Shown: in pieces, positions 20,456 through 30,611 of the stretch
Layout: the number at the start of each line of letters is the position of its first letter
How positions within the stretch are numbered: the stretch's first letter is position 1
Assembly: GCA_964457085.1 (NCBI GenBank)
Contig: CAYWDM010000001.1
Location: forward strand, 45,082 to 109,081
DNA length: 64,000 bases
Source of the DNA: an uncultured Pseudomonadales bacterium
GTDB lineage: Bacteria > Patescibacteriota > Microgenomatia > UBA1400 > PJMF01
Reading direction: 5' to 3'
The notes under the pieces: generated by a model
Databases searched by the model: none
The model's input: the letters and a program-made list of their open reading frames with translations, nothing else
What the model was told of the DNA's origin: nothing
Translations under genes and position numbers: made by a program

Positions 20456-22126
20456 ATGTTCAAACGAGCCATAGATTGGTGGTTACTCGGAATCTTGATC
20501 ATAGCTGTGGTAGTTCGCAGTCTTTTTTTTGGACAGCAACCTTCAGGTACTTACTGGGATGAAACTGCAATTCTAGTTGATGCCAAAGCATTAGCTGAAA
20601 CTGGCCGTGATATGCATGGCTTGAGTGGTTGGCAATTAATCTTTCCCTCTTATGGTGATTACAAAATGCCGGTGTTGATCTGGTTGGCTGCAGCCAGTGT
20701 CAAATTTTTTGGTGTTTCAGCTTGGGCCCTGCGACTTCCCAGTTTGTTGGCAGGAATTGCAACAGTCTGGGTAAGCTATGCACTTGCCAAACGAGTCTGG
20801 CCAAATCAGCCACATGCAGCCCATTTTTCAGCCCTCGCTGTTGCACTCGCCCCTTGGGACATTATCTTTTCAAAAACAGCTTTTGAGGGACATGTAGCTC
20901 AGTTTTTTTTGGCACTGTCTGCGTTACTATTGCTATCCAAAAAAAATCGCTGGCTGACTAGCGTACTCGGTGCTTTTTTTGGAGTGGTAGCTACGTATAC
21001 CTATTTTAGCGTCAGATTTGTTTGGCCAATAGTTTTGCTTGGTGTCTGTGCAATTATCTGGAGTGAACTGCCGCTCAAACAAAAATGGAATCTTCGCTCG
21101 ATGCTAAAGCTTGGTTGGTTACAGTTACTATTACCCGCCGTGTTTTTTATTGTTTTGATGATTCCGATGTCAAAGTCACCTTTCTACGATATTTCAAATG
21201 CTTTTAGACTCAATGCGGATTCTGTTCTCAAAAGCCAAGATTGGCCACTGATTTCAAATCAAGATAGAAAAATTGCAGGCAATCAATTTCTTGACAGATT
21301 TGCCTTTCATCGCCACTGGTTAATGGCACAAGCGTTATTTGAGAATTATGGAGATCATCTTAATCTCAGTTATTTATTTTTAAACGGTGATAGTAACTTA
21401 CGTCATGGGACGGGAAGCCACGGTGTGTTTTTACTCATTTGGCTGCCAGCGTTTGTATTGGGTTGGATAGTAATTTGGAGTAAATCACCAGTTGTGGGTG
21501 CCAGTTTACTACTATGGTGGCTTGCAGCTTTGTTACCAGCATCGGTTCCAGAAACCACCCCACATGCATTGAGATCGCTCAACGCTTTAGTCCCACTGTG
21601 TTTGGTGATGGGGCTTGGTGCTAGTTCGATTTTGAGTTGGATCACCCAACTGAATAAAAAAATACCCATCATTGCAGTTAGCTTGGTAATCGCATCAACT
21701 GGGCTGATGGTGGTAAGCATTTGGGATTTTTTGTTGTATTACCACACCAGCTATCAGCAGTTGGCTTACCAAAGTTGGCAAAGTGATTTTAATCGCACCA
21801 TTAATACCATTCTTTTTTTTAGAAAACAAAACCAGCCGGTATATATCGAACATAGTGATGACAAGTTTTTTCTATGGACCCTGCAAAGTGTAGACTTTAG
21901 ACACAAACCAGCCAATATGGTTGAGAAAAATTTTCAATTTACTCAAATTGGTGACCTTCATTTTGGAAAAATTGCACTGAATAATCTACATGAATATTCT
22001 GGTGCATTAATTCTCATCAAACCTGAACGGTTGACTGAACTAACAGCCAACCAAAACCTTCAGCCACAAATCTATCAAACCATAACTGATGCTTCAGGCA
22101 GCTATGTACTAGCTCAAATGCCATGA
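20456..22126 (+). CDS. GT-C glycosyltransferase (ArnT/PMT_2-like), paralog 3 of 4
   Basis: YWDETA, TGRDMHG, SYGDYK, LRLPS, NLRHGTG, TPHALRS. Confidence 0.8.
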   Translation: MFKRAIDWWLLGILIIAVVVRSLFFGQQPSGTYWDETAILVDAKALAETGRDMHGLSGWQLIFPSYGDYKMPVLIWLAAASVKFFGVSAWALRLPSLLAGIATVWVSYALAKRVWPNQPHAAHFSALAVALAPWDIIFSKTAFEGHVAQFFLALSALLLLSKKNRWLTSVLGAFFGVVATYTYFSVRFVWPIVLLGVCAIIWSELPLKQKWNLRSMLKLGWLQLLLPAVFFIVLMIPMSKSPFYDISNAFRLNADSVLKSQDWPLISNQDRKIAGNQFLDRFAFHRHWLMAQALFENYGDHLNLSYLFLNGDSNLRHGTGSHGVFLLIWLPAFVLGWIVIWSKSPVVGASLLLWWLAALLPASVPETTPHALRSLNALVPLCLVMGLGASSILSWITQLNKKIPIIAVSLVIASTGLMVVSIWDFLLYYHTSYQQLAYQSWQSDFNRTINTILFFRKQNQPVYIEHSDDKFFLWTLQSVDFRHKPANMVEKNFQFTQIGDLHFGKIALNNLHEYSGALILIKPERLTELTANQNLQPQIYQTITDASGSYVLAQMP

Positions 22127-23703
22127 AAAAAATTCTCACTGTATTACAAGCAGAGTGGTTTATTTTATGTTGCATCACACTCATTGCACTGGTAGTGAGA
22201 TTCTGGCACTTAGATACATTGCCTGCAGCTCTCAACAGAGATGAGGCTGCACTTGGATACAACGCCTGGATGCTACAGACAATCGGCAAAGATGAGTGGG
22301 GGAAATCGTGGCCTCTCACCCTAAAGTCATTTGGTGACTATAAGTTACCTGGCTATCCATTAGTAACAATTGTAAGTTTTAGTTTTTTCGGTCGCAGTGA
22401 CTGGAGTGTGCGTTTCCCATCAGCATTAGCTGGCACCCTGCTTCCTCTCGCTGTTTGGTACTTAACCAAGCAATTACAATGGAAAAAAAACAAACGATTA
22501 CTTGCAGCTGTGCTTGTGGCACTACTGCCATTTTCGATATTTTATTCAAGAATGGCATTTGAGGCTAACGTTGCTCTGACACTAATGGTTTGGGTATTTG
22601 GCTTGTTACTTAGGTTCATGCAACAGAAATCAACGTTGATGATCTTGTTGCCACTAAGTATTTGGTTAGCTGCTATTTTTACGTACAACACACCACTTTT
22701 ATTGACCCCATTCCTAATCATTGGATTACTGGTTTGGTTTGGAAAAAATAAAAAACCTCAAACTTTTTTCGCCGTAATCGGCCTATCTTTGGTACTGTTA
22801 ATTTCTACAGCACTACTGTGGCAATTAAATAGTCAAAAGGCCGGAATCAGTATTTTTACTGATCCAACAATCGAGACAAAAATCATCGAAGTCTACACTG
22901 CTAAATCCGGAATTGATCGGTTGTTGGCAAGTCGGTACGTCGTCTATGCTGAAATGCTCAACCAACATTTTTGGGAGAGTTGGTCAAGTAGTTTCTTGGT
23001 AACTCATGGGGGAAGTCACCCTTGGCACACTGTTCCGGGGACAGGTCACATCACTTGGTTTGGGTATCTATTTGGTTGTTTGGGAGTCTTATTGAGTAGC
23101 ATCTCAATCATTCAGACACTACTTAAAAAACAAGATTTATCCCGTACTCAGCGAGGCGAAGGCTTACTGATTTGGTTATTACTTGCCGGCTTAGCACCTT
23201 CTGTTGTGACGGTAGATTCACCACATGCCACTAGAAGCCTCATTTTTATGTTATTACTCGCTGTATTTTCAGCTGTGGGTGTAAGTAATTTTTATGTGTT
23301 TCTCAAAAAAACCGCTCCAAGTGTTTTACTGGCTGCGACAGTTGGCCTCTGGCTATTTGGAACCGGCACTACTGGAAAATATTTAGTCAGCTATTTCACT
23401 GAGTATCCAAATCTGCAGACAATCTTTCAGCCCGGGTTAGAGGTAGCACTCTCACAATTAAAGAAAACAGATAAACCAGTATTAGTTGCTGGTGATGGCT
23501 ATACCTATATTTCAATCGCTTGGTATTTACCGGTTAAACCACAAGCGTTTCTAGACACGATTACCAGACATAAAGTAGATACAATCGGATTTGAACTGGG
23601 CAGATCAGTGGATGTATTTACCATTAGACCAGACTTTAAAACTCCTGATGTCACTAATTCGGCCCAACTAGAATGGACTGCCAGTGGGTGGGTAACTCAC
23701 TAG
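22123..23703 (+). CDS. GT-C glycosyltransferase (ArnT/PMT_2-like), paralog 4 of 4
   Basis: VRFW..RDEAALGYN, GKDEWG, SFGDYK, VRFPSA, YSRMAFE, SPHATRS. Confidence 0.8.
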   Translation: MKKILTVLQAEWFILCCITLIALVVRFWHLDTLPAALNRDEAALGYNAWMLQTIGKDEWGKSWPLTLKSFGDYKLPGYPLVTIVSFSFFGRSDWSVRFPSALAGTLLPLAVWYLTKQLQWKKNKRLLAAVLVALLPFSIFYSRMAFEANVALTLMVWVFGLLLRFMQQKSTLMILLPLSIWLAAIFTYNTPLLLTPFLIIGLLVWFGKNKKPQTFFAVIGLSLVLLISTALLWQLNSQKAGISIFTDPTIETKIIEVYTAKSGIDRLLASRYVVYAEMLNQHFWESWSSSFLVTHGGSHPWHTVPGTGHITWFGYLFGCLGVLLSSISIIQTLLKKQDLSRTQRGEGLLIWLLLAGLAPSVVTVDSPHATRSLIFMLLLAVFSAVGVSNFYVFLKKTAPSVLLAATVGLWLFGTGTTGKYLVSYFTEYPNLQTIFQPGLEVALSQLKKTDKPVLVAGDGYTYISIAWYLPVKPQAFLDTITRHKVDTIGFELGRSVDVFTIRPDFKTPDVTNSAQLEWTASGWVTH

Positions 23704-23803
23704 TTACAAGACACCACCGTTCTATCCAGAGGTAAAATAGTTCACTCTTTAAACAAACAGCTACTGTGCAATCAGCTTTGAGTATATAATAGGTTCGATT
23801 TCT

Positions 23804-24583
23804 ATGATTTCAGTGGTACTTGCAACCTACAATGAGTCTCAGAATTTGCCAAATTGTCTCAAGGCAGTTGCTTTTGCTGACGAAATTATTGTGGTTGATG
23901 GTCAATCAACAGACGACACAGTAGCAGTTGCAAAAAGTTTTGGTGCTCGAGTAATTAGCACCACCAACAAAGCCAACTTTCACATCAACAAACAAATGGC
24001 AATTGATGCAGCCAAATTTGATCTAGTTTTACAATTAGATGCCGATGAGATCGTCGATGAGCAACTCACTCGATTTATACTCAAAATTAATACTGATCCA
24101 AAGTTTGAACATACAAAAAATGCTTGGTGGATCAAACGAAAGAACTATTTGCTTGGTCGTTGGCTTTCTAAAGGTGGCCAGTATCCAGATCCCGTAATCC
24201 GATTGCTGCGACGTGGCAAAGCCAAACTCCCGATGAAAGACGTGCACGAACAAATGGTTGTTGAAGGAGAGATTGGATCTGCACAAGGACACTTATTACA
24301 CTATTCAAATCCAACTTTTTCCGATTACCTACGCAAATTTAATACTTATACCTCATTCAAAGCAACTCAATTAGCTGATGCAAAAATCATGCTAACGCCA
24401 GCAAACAGTTTTAGATACCTTTGTTGGCTTCCTAAGATCACTTTTTTGTCACTTTACATTAGACATCGAGGCTATGTAGACGGGGCAGCAGGATTTGTGT
24501 TTGCGTTAATGAGCGGGCTCCACCACGCAGTTAGCTACTTAAAGCTCTGGGAGATCAAAAACTATGGCAATCATACAGATTGA
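23804..24583 (+). CDS. GT2 glycosyltransferase (WaaE/LgtF-like)
   Basis: ISVVLATYNE, VDGQSTD, LDADE, YPDPVIRL, VHE. Confidence 0.9.
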   Translation: MISVVLATYNESQNLPNCLKAVAFADEIIVVDGQSTDDTVAVAKSFGARVISTTNKANFHINKQMAIDAAKFDLVLQLDADEIVDEQLTRFILKINTDPKFEHTKNAWWIKRKNYLLGRWLSKGGQYPDPVIRLLRRGKAKLPMKDVHEQMVVEGEIGSAQGHLLHYSNPTFSDYLRKFNTYTSFKATQLADAKIMLTPANSFRYLCWLPKITFLSLYIRHRGYVDGAAGFVFALMSGLHHAVSYLKLWEIKNYGNHTD

Positions 24584-25619
24584 CACCAGCCCGCTTAATA
24601 CCGGTCATTCAATTAGGGGTATAGGCACATACACCAGGCTTTTAGTTGACGCACTGCAGACTCAGACTCAATTCACCATTCAGCTCACCGGTGAGTCAAA
24701 AAGCTTGAGTAAACCAGACTTAATTCACTATCCCTTTTTTGATTTGTTCAACGCCAGTATTCCACTGATTAAACGTGCTAAAAGAGTGGTTACCATTCAC
24801 GATGTTATTCCATTGTTGTTTCCTAAATACTATCCAGTTGGGAGACGAGGCAAACTTGCCTTATATCGTCAAAAGTTGATGCTCAATACTGTTGATGCGG
24901 TCATTACTGACTCAGCAGTTTCTAAACAAGATATTATTAGAGAATTATCGGTCCCAGATCATAAAATCACTGTAGTGCCACTTGCTGCCAACCCCGCACT
25001 AGAGGCAGTAGATGCGTCACAAATCAAGTTGGTACGTAAACAGTTTAACCTGCCTAAAGAGTATGTGTTGTATGTGGGCGACATTAATTACAACAAAAAT
25101 GTGCCACAACTCATCAAGGCAATGAAGTCATTACCTGAATCACTCGATTTAGTATTGGTTGGCAAAAACTTCTACCCACACGACATTCCTGAATGGCGGT
25201 GGATAGAGGCACAAATTGCACTCAGCAATGTTGTAAATCGGATCCATTTCATTACCACGGTGGCATCAGATGATACGTTGACTATGAGCTCACTGTATTC
25301 GGGAGCTATTTGTTATGTCCAACCGTCACTCTATGAAGGTTTTGGACTGCCAGTACTTGAGGCTATGCGTTGTAATGTGCCAGTCATTGCCAGCAATCGA
25401 GGATCACTTCCAGAGGTGGGTGGTGGCACAATCACGCTAACAGAACCCACTGCCGAAAGTTTTTCAACTGCGATAGCAGAAATACTAGACTGGTCAGACA
25501 CCCACTTAGAACAAAGTTTGCGAAAGCAACGTATTTGGTTAAAACATTTTTCGTGGCAGGAAACTGCTCTACAAACAGCTGCAGTGTACGCAAAAGTATT
25601 ATCTATAAAGAATCTATGA
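24564..25619 (+). CDS. GT4 glycosyltransferase (MtfB-like)
   Basis: RGIGTY, VTIHDVIP, KNV, PSLYEGFGLPVLEAM. Confidence 0.9.
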   Translation: MAIIQIDTSPLNTGHSIRGIGTYTRLLVDALQTQTQFTIQLTGESKSLSKPDLIHYPFFDLFNASIPLIKRAKRVVTIHDVIPLLFPKYYPVGRRGKLALYRQKLMLNTVDAVITDSAVSKQDIIRELSVPDHKITVVPLAANPALEAVDASQIKLVRKQFNLPKEYVLYVGDINYNKNVPQLIKAMKSLPESLDLVLVGKNFYPHDIPEWRWIEAQIALSNVVNRIHFITTVASDDTLTMSSLYSGAICYVQPSLYEGFGLPVLEAMRCNVPVIASNRGSLPEVGGGTITLTEPTAESFSTAIAEILDWSDTHLEQSLRKQRIWLKHFSWQETALQTAAVYAKVLSIKNL

Positions 25620-27292
25620 AATGGTTTTGGTGGTACTTTTTAGTTATTGTAAGCGTTCTGATTGCAGGTCGTGTCTATCTGCATGCAGGTTTTCCATACA
25701 CCCATGACGGTGAAAATCATTTAGCACGATTTGCGAATTATAAATTGGCTCTCAAAGAGGGGCAATTTCCTCCTAGGTTTGCTCCAAACTTGCTCAATCG
25801 ATATGGCTATCCAGTTTTTAATTACAACTACCCACTCGCAAATATCCTCTCAATCCCATTTAGTGCCGCACACATTCCTTACGAGACCACATTTAAGTTT
25901 TTGTCCCTAATCGCTATTGGTTTACTGGTAGTAGGTGTGGCAAATTGGCTGTATTTCCTAAAATTAACTAGATTAGGTCAATTTGCAGGTGTGCTGGCTG
26001 TTGTGAGTAGTCCCGTAGTCATCAATATGACTTTCTTTCGAGGTAATATTGGAGAGCTCTGGGCAATTGCATTGATGAGCATGGTGCTGTGGCAAATCGA
26101 ACAGTATTTACAGAAAAAATGTACTGCTCATTGGCAAATTTGGCTTTGGACTGCATTACTACTCTCGCACAATGTTACAGCTATCTTTGCAGTCCCAATT
26201 CTTTGGGGATATGCAGCAACCAGAACCTGGCAACTTGGCTTAAAACCTGCAGTATTACTACCGCAACTGCGGTCATTTCTGATTTCATTGCTGTTAGTAG
26301 CTTGGTTTTGGGTGCCAGCAATTTTTGAAAAAAAATTAATTGTGCTGGACGGTGCCGGATCCATCAATCAGTTCGTCGGTCATTTCGCCACACTCTCACA
26401 AATTATAGCTGCACCAATTCGATTTGGTTTTTCATATGTCGGTCAAGTTGATACCTTGAGTTTTGGAATTGGCTTAGCTGTCGTTATCAGCTTGTTGCTA
26501 GTTGCCAGTGCCTTACTGAGACTGATTGGAGAGTTTGTGACAAAGAAACCAGTTATAGATCTCCCATCATGGCTGCCCGCTTCATTTATGGCCACCCTCG
26601 GTTTCATTTGGTTACAACTACCCAGTAGCCTATATGTTTGGCAACAGATTGATATTCTGAAGTATGCCCAATTTCCTTGGAGGTTTGGAATATTTGCATT
26701 ACTGTTCTCACTACCACTAATTGGTTGGGCAACAAGTTCCACAACCCTAAACAAACCACTCAGAATACTGTTGTGGCTGGCACTAGCAATACAAATTGCC
26801 CAAACCATTCCACTCAAAGCACTTGAATATTTTAGCCATGATGGGGATTATTACGACTCATATGGACAATCTACCAGCACTCAAAACGAAAATAGAGCTA
26901 AAGACTTTGAATATTTAAATATTGGCGATTGGCAACCAACTGCAAAAATCATTTCTGGTGATGGTGTGGTGACTACTCAGTCTTGGCGCGGCTCAAATCG
27001 TCAGTATCAAGTTGTGACCACGACTCCGAGTACAGTAGTCGAACCTACGATGGTATTTGCTGGCTGGGAAACATATGTGGATGGTAAGTTGGTGGATTAT
27101 CAGGATTCTGATGAAATTGCTGGTCGACTTGCTTATGCTTTAGATGCTGGGACACATGAAATCAACAGTACTTTTACCCAACACACTTGGCCAAGAATGT
27201 TGGGAAATTCCATCAGCGTAGTAACAGTTGTGTTGCTGAGTATAGCAACTGGATATCGAGTATTTCGACGAAAACATGTCACAGCTCATTAA
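25616..27292 (+). CDS. Polytopic GT-C-type glycosyltransferase (YfhO / PTPS-related family)
   Basis: THDGENHLAR, GQFPPRFAPNL, GYPVFNY, RGNIGE, LSHN, QFPWRF. Paralog of 3667-5394. Confidence 0.72.
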   Translation: MKWFWWYFLVIVSVLIAGRVYLHAGFPYTHDGENHLARFANYKLALKEGQFPPRFAPNLLNRYGYPVFNYNYPLANILSIPFSAAHIPYETTFKFLSLIAIGLLVVGVANWLYFLKLTRLGQFAGVLAVVSSPVVINMTFFRGNIGELWAIALMSMVLWQIEQYLQKKCTAHWQIWLWTALLLSHNVTAIFAVPILWGYAATRTWQLGLKPAVLLPQLRSFLISLLLVAWFWVPAIFEKKLIVLDGAGSINQFVGHFATLSQIIAAPIRFGFSYVGQVDTLSFGIGLAVVISLLLVASALLRLIGEFVTKKPVIDLPSWLPASFMATLGFIWLQLPSSLYVWQQIDILKYAQFPWRFGIFALLFSLPLIGWATSSTTLNKPLRILLWLALAIQIAQTIPLKALEYFSHDGDYYDSYGQSTSTQNENRAKDFEYLNIGDWQPTAKIISGDGVVTTQSWRGSNRQYQVVTTTPSTVVEPTMVFAGWETYVDGKLVDYQDSDEIAGRLAYALDAGTHEINSTFTQHTWPRMLGNSISVVTVVLLSIATGYRVFRRKHVTAH

Positions 27293-28469
27293 ACTACCCT
27301 GGGTACAGCGAGAGTCTGACACTCCCATTTGGCTGAAAATTGCCTACCTAGTTTTAATGTGGCGAATTGCACTTGGAGTAGTTGGAGTCATAGCTAGCAG
27401 AATTTTGCCATATCAGCCAAGTTTTCCCTATTCTGAAAACCTACTACAGCGACCAATGGCACCAAGCATTGCAAAGTGGGGTGGGTTTGACGGCGTGCAT
27501 TACCTGACAATTATTGACAGAGGATACGCCGGAACTGGACTAATTCAAGCATTTTTCCCAATCTTTCCAGTAACGGTAAAACTGGCAGCTAAATTTGTTG
27601 AACCAGTGGATCCGGTGTTAGTTGGTCTAACCCTCAATCTATTTCTTACTTGGCTGGCGGCTGTCATTGCCTGGTATTTACTACGTCGAGATGTGAGCGA
27701 GCAACAAGCTTGGTTTGGCATACTAGCACTGTTACTTTTTCCCACTAGTTTGTTTTTTGGTGCCCTCTACAGCGAAGCTCTTTTTCTGTGTCTGTCACTG
27801 TGGGCACTACTGGCGATGCGTCAACAGCGGTGGTGGCTATCAGCGGGATTAATTGCCATAGCGAGTGCTACTCGAATAACCGGCATATTTTTACTCATAC
27901 CATTAGCTTGGGAGTGGGCAAGTGCTCGACACTGGCATGGCCACAAATTAGCAAAACAATCACCACAGTTAGTGGCACTACTAGCAATTGGAACCCTTGG
28001 TCTACTTGGCTACATGCTCTATCTCTGGAGATTTTTTGGTGACCCGCTCTATTTTTTGCATGTACAAGCTGAATTTGGTGCCGGTCGATCAGAGACGATT
28101 ATTATCTATCCACAAGTTGTCTGGCGTTACCTGAAGATGCTGATCACAGTCAAACCTCATGACTGGAAATTTTTCTCGATTTGTCTCGAGTTTCTAGCAG
28201 GGACGCTGCCAATGCTGGCGTTACTAAAATGGTGGCGATTAGTGAGACCAAGTTATCTGCTCTATGGCTTAGCTTGTTTTCTGTTACCAACCGTTACCGG
28301 TACTTTTTCAAGCATGCCTCGTTATTTATTAGTCGTTTGGCCAATTTTCTTGGGATTGGCGATCTGGAGTAAAAAACACACCCCAAGTTTCATTCTTTAC
28401 CTGATTTTTTCAACAGTCTTGCTTATAATCAACACCGTGCTATTCATTCAGGGATACTGGGTAGCCTAA
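27276..28469 (+). CDS. PIG-V/GT76-like GT-C mannosyltransferase
   Basis: WxxFDGVHYLTI..GY, AFFPIFP, YSEALFL, TRITG, SMPRY motifs. Confidence 0.78.
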   Translation: MSQLIKLPWVQRESDTPIWLKIAYLVLMWRIALGVVGVIASRILPYQPSFPYSENLLQRPMAPSIAKWGGFDGVHYLTIIDRGYAGTGLIQAFFPIFPVTVKLAAKFVEPVDPVLVGLTLNLFLTWLAAVIAWYLLRRDVSEQQAWFGILALLLFPTSLFFGALYSEALFLCLSLWALLAMRQQRWWLSAGLIAIASATRITGIFLLIPLAWEWASARHWHGHKLAKQSPQLVALLAIGTLGLLGYMLYLWRFFGDPLYFLHVQAEFGAGRSETIIIYPQVVWRYLKMLITVKPHDWKFFSICLEFLAGTLPMLALLKWWRLVRPSYLLYGLACFLLPTVTGTFSSMPRYLLVVWPIFLGLAIWSKKHTPSFILYLIFSTVLLIINTVLFIQGYWVA

Positions 28470-28475
28470 AATACT

Positions 28476-29423
28476 ATGTTTGATACTCACCAAAAATTAA
28501 AAATTGTTGTTACCGGTGGAGCAGGGTTTATTGCCTCTCATGTAGTTGATGCGTATTTGGCACTTGGCCATAGCGTCACCGTACTAGATAACCTCAGCAG
28601 TGGCAATCGAGACAATCTCAATTCTGCAGCTCATTTTATCGAAGTTGATATTACCGATAAAACCAAAGTTCAAGAGATTATTCTTAACGAACGACCAGAT
28701 GTGATTAACCATCACGCGGCTCATATTTTAGTTGGCCATAGTGTCACCGACCCACAATTTGATGCAGAGACAAATATTATTGGATTGTTGAATATCATGG
28801 AAGCAGCTCGCCAAATTCCAGTCCGCAAACTGATTTTTGCAGCCACCGGTGGAGCCATGTATGGCAACACCACCACTCCCTTTAACGAATCCATGAAAGA
28901 GCTCCCTGAATCGCCCTATGGTGTTTCTAAAAGAGCAGGGGAGCTATACCTGAACTACTACCACAAGCAATTTGGGATTCCATATATCTCGCTACGCTAC
29001 TCCAACGTCTATGGTCCTCGTCAAAATCCTCATGGTGAATCTGGAGTGATTGCCATCTTTTCTGAAATGCTGGCTCAAGGCAAACAGCCAGTTCTCAATG
29101 GTGACGGTACCAATACTCGTGATTATGTGTATGTTTCTGACGTGGCTGCTGCCAATGTCTTGGCACTCACCAGCGATTTTGTGGGTGAGCTCAATATTGG
29201 TACCACCACTGAAATTAGCACCAATGAGGTCTATGACAAAGTAGCTGAAGGTTTGGGAATTTCCAATGACAAACACTATGGCCCACCACGTGCTGGCGAT
29301 GTCACCGCAAGTTCACTAAACTTTCAAAAAGCTACCCAAATTTTGGGTTGGGAACCTCAAGTTAATTTTGAAGAGGGCGTGCGAAGAGTGACTGAATGGT
29401 ATAAGACACGAAAAATCAGCTAA
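28476..29423 (+). CDS. NAD-dependent nucleotide-sugar epimerase (GalE-like extended SDR)
   Basis: VTGGAGFIASH, DNLSSG, YGVSK, RYSNVYGPRQNPHGE, RDYVYV. Confidence 0.88.
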   Translation: MFDTHQKLKIVVTGGAGFIASHVVDAYLALGHSVTVLDNLSSGNRDNLNSAAHFIEVDITDKTKVQEIILNERPDVINHHAAHILVGHSVTDPQFDAETNIIGLLNIMEAARQIPVRKLIFAATGGAMYGNTTTPFNESMKELPESPYGVSKRAGELYLNYYHKQFGIPYISLRYSNVYGPRQNPHGESGVIAIFSEMLAQGKQPVLNGDGTNTRDYVYVSDVAAANVLALTSDFVGELNIGTTTEISTNEVYDKVAEGLGISNDKHYGPPRAGDVTASSLNFQKATQILGWEPQVNFEEGVRRVTEWYKTRKIS

Positions 29424-29518
29424 TCCTTACGCTTGATAGAGAAAAAAAGAATAGTAGTTAGCACAATCGCTAGAATTCCCACATACCCTGATGCCCTAAC
29501 GAACGATTCTGGAAGCAT
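29420..29518 (-). CDS. Putative 32-aa single-TM peptide (below ORF-track cutoff)
   Basis: Manual translation MLPESFVRASGYVGILAIVLTTILFFSIKRKD*; AAAGGA 8 nt upstream; overlaps the end of the preceding small ORF. Confidence 0.45.
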   Translation of the reverse strand: MLPESFVRASGYVGILAIVLTTILFFSIKRKD

Positions 29519-29747
29519 GTCTTCTGTCCTTTCTGAATTCTTTAATTAGTAGAATACCATACACAAATGTTAGAATTCCAGCCGAGAAAAGATAGATGAC
29601 GCTCATCTGACTTTGTAGATCATTATTAAATAACAAAGTCATGCTATATAGAAATAAACTCTTTGATATATCCAATAGATACAAAGCAATATGCTTTATT
29701 TGCAATCTGTCCAACTCCACCGTTGGCCAAGCTACTCTTATCTTCAT
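29496..29747 (-). CDS. Small 2-TM hypothetical protein
   Basis: ORF fills the gap between the epimerase and wzm; two hydrophobic stretches and a basic tail. Confidence 0.5.
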   Translation of the reverse strand: MKIRVAWPTVELDRLQIKHIALYLLDISKSLFLYSMTLLFNNDLQSQMSVIYLFSAGILTFVYGILLIKEFRKDRRHASRIVR

Positions 29748-29788
29748 ACCCACAACTCTATCCGCTCTTCCTTACACTTCGCTGACAA

Positions 29789-29797
29789 TGCTACACT
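29789..29797 (+). promoter_or_regulatory. Extended -10 promoter element for wzm
   Basis: TGcTACACT ending 8 nt before ATG 29806; no Shine-Dalgarno. Confidence 0.55.
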
Positions 29798-29805
29798 AAC
29801 AAACA

Positions 29806-30585
29806 ATGCAGATATTGGATATTTTCACCAAGTACCATGAACTTTTAAGTGAGCTGACCATGCGTGAGATTAAACAGCGCTACAAACAGTCAGTGCTTGG
29901 CTATGCCTGGGTGATTCTCAATCCGTTTTTTCAGATGATTGTGATGGCTTTTGTGTTTTCAATCGTGATGAGAATTCCTGATTTGGGAGTGCCGTACTCA
30001 CTCTATCTCTATGCAGGTCTATTGCCATGGACACTGTTTTCAAACTCACTCTCAAGTGCCACTAATGTTTTAGTCGCTAATGCGGGACTAATTACCAAGA
30101 TTTATTTTCCTCGAGAAGTGTTTGTGGCTAGTACCATCATGGCTAAGATTGTGGACTATTTACTAGCATCGACGGTGTTCATAGCGTTTTTGATTTACTA
30201 TCAGATTCCCATGACTTGGAATATTTTGTGGGTGCTGCCGATTTTTGCAATTCAACAGCTATTTACTTATGGATTGTCACTGATTTTGGCTGCCGCAAAT
30301 TTGTTTTACCGTGACATTCAATATTTACTTGGTTTGGTGATTCTGATTTGGATGTACCTAACCCCAGTAATTTACTCAACAGAGATTTTTCCAGCTCAGT
30401 ATCGCTGGATTTTTCAAATCAATCCCATGTCGGTAATTATTAATGCCTATCGTCAGGTGATTCTAGCTGGCGGTACGCCAAACATTCGGAGCTTGGTAAT
30501 CGCTCTCGTCCTGTCACTACTCTTATTGGCCGGTGGCTACAAACTGTTCAAGAAACTTGAGGGTGTGTTTGCTGACGTGGTGTAA
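29806..30585 (+). CDS. wzm: ABC-2 polysaccharide export permease
   Basis: REIKQRYKQSVLGYAW, LITKIYFPRE, YRDI, YLTPVIY, INPM. Confidence 0.92.
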   Translation: MQILDIFTKYHELLSELTMREIKQRYKQSVLGYAWVILNPFFQMIVMAFVFSIVMRIPDLGVPYSLYLYAGLLPWTLFSNSLSSATNVLVANAGLITKIYFPREVFVASTIMAKIVDYLLASTVFIAFLIYYQIPMTWNILWVLPIFAIQQLFTYGLSLILAAANLFYRDIQYLLGLVILIWMYLTPVIYSTEIFPAQYRWIFQINPMSVIINAYRQVILAGGTPNIRSLVIALVLSLLLLAGGYKLFKKLEGVFADVV

Positions 30586-30611
30586 TCAGCAATCAATTTA
30601 ATCTCAATCTC

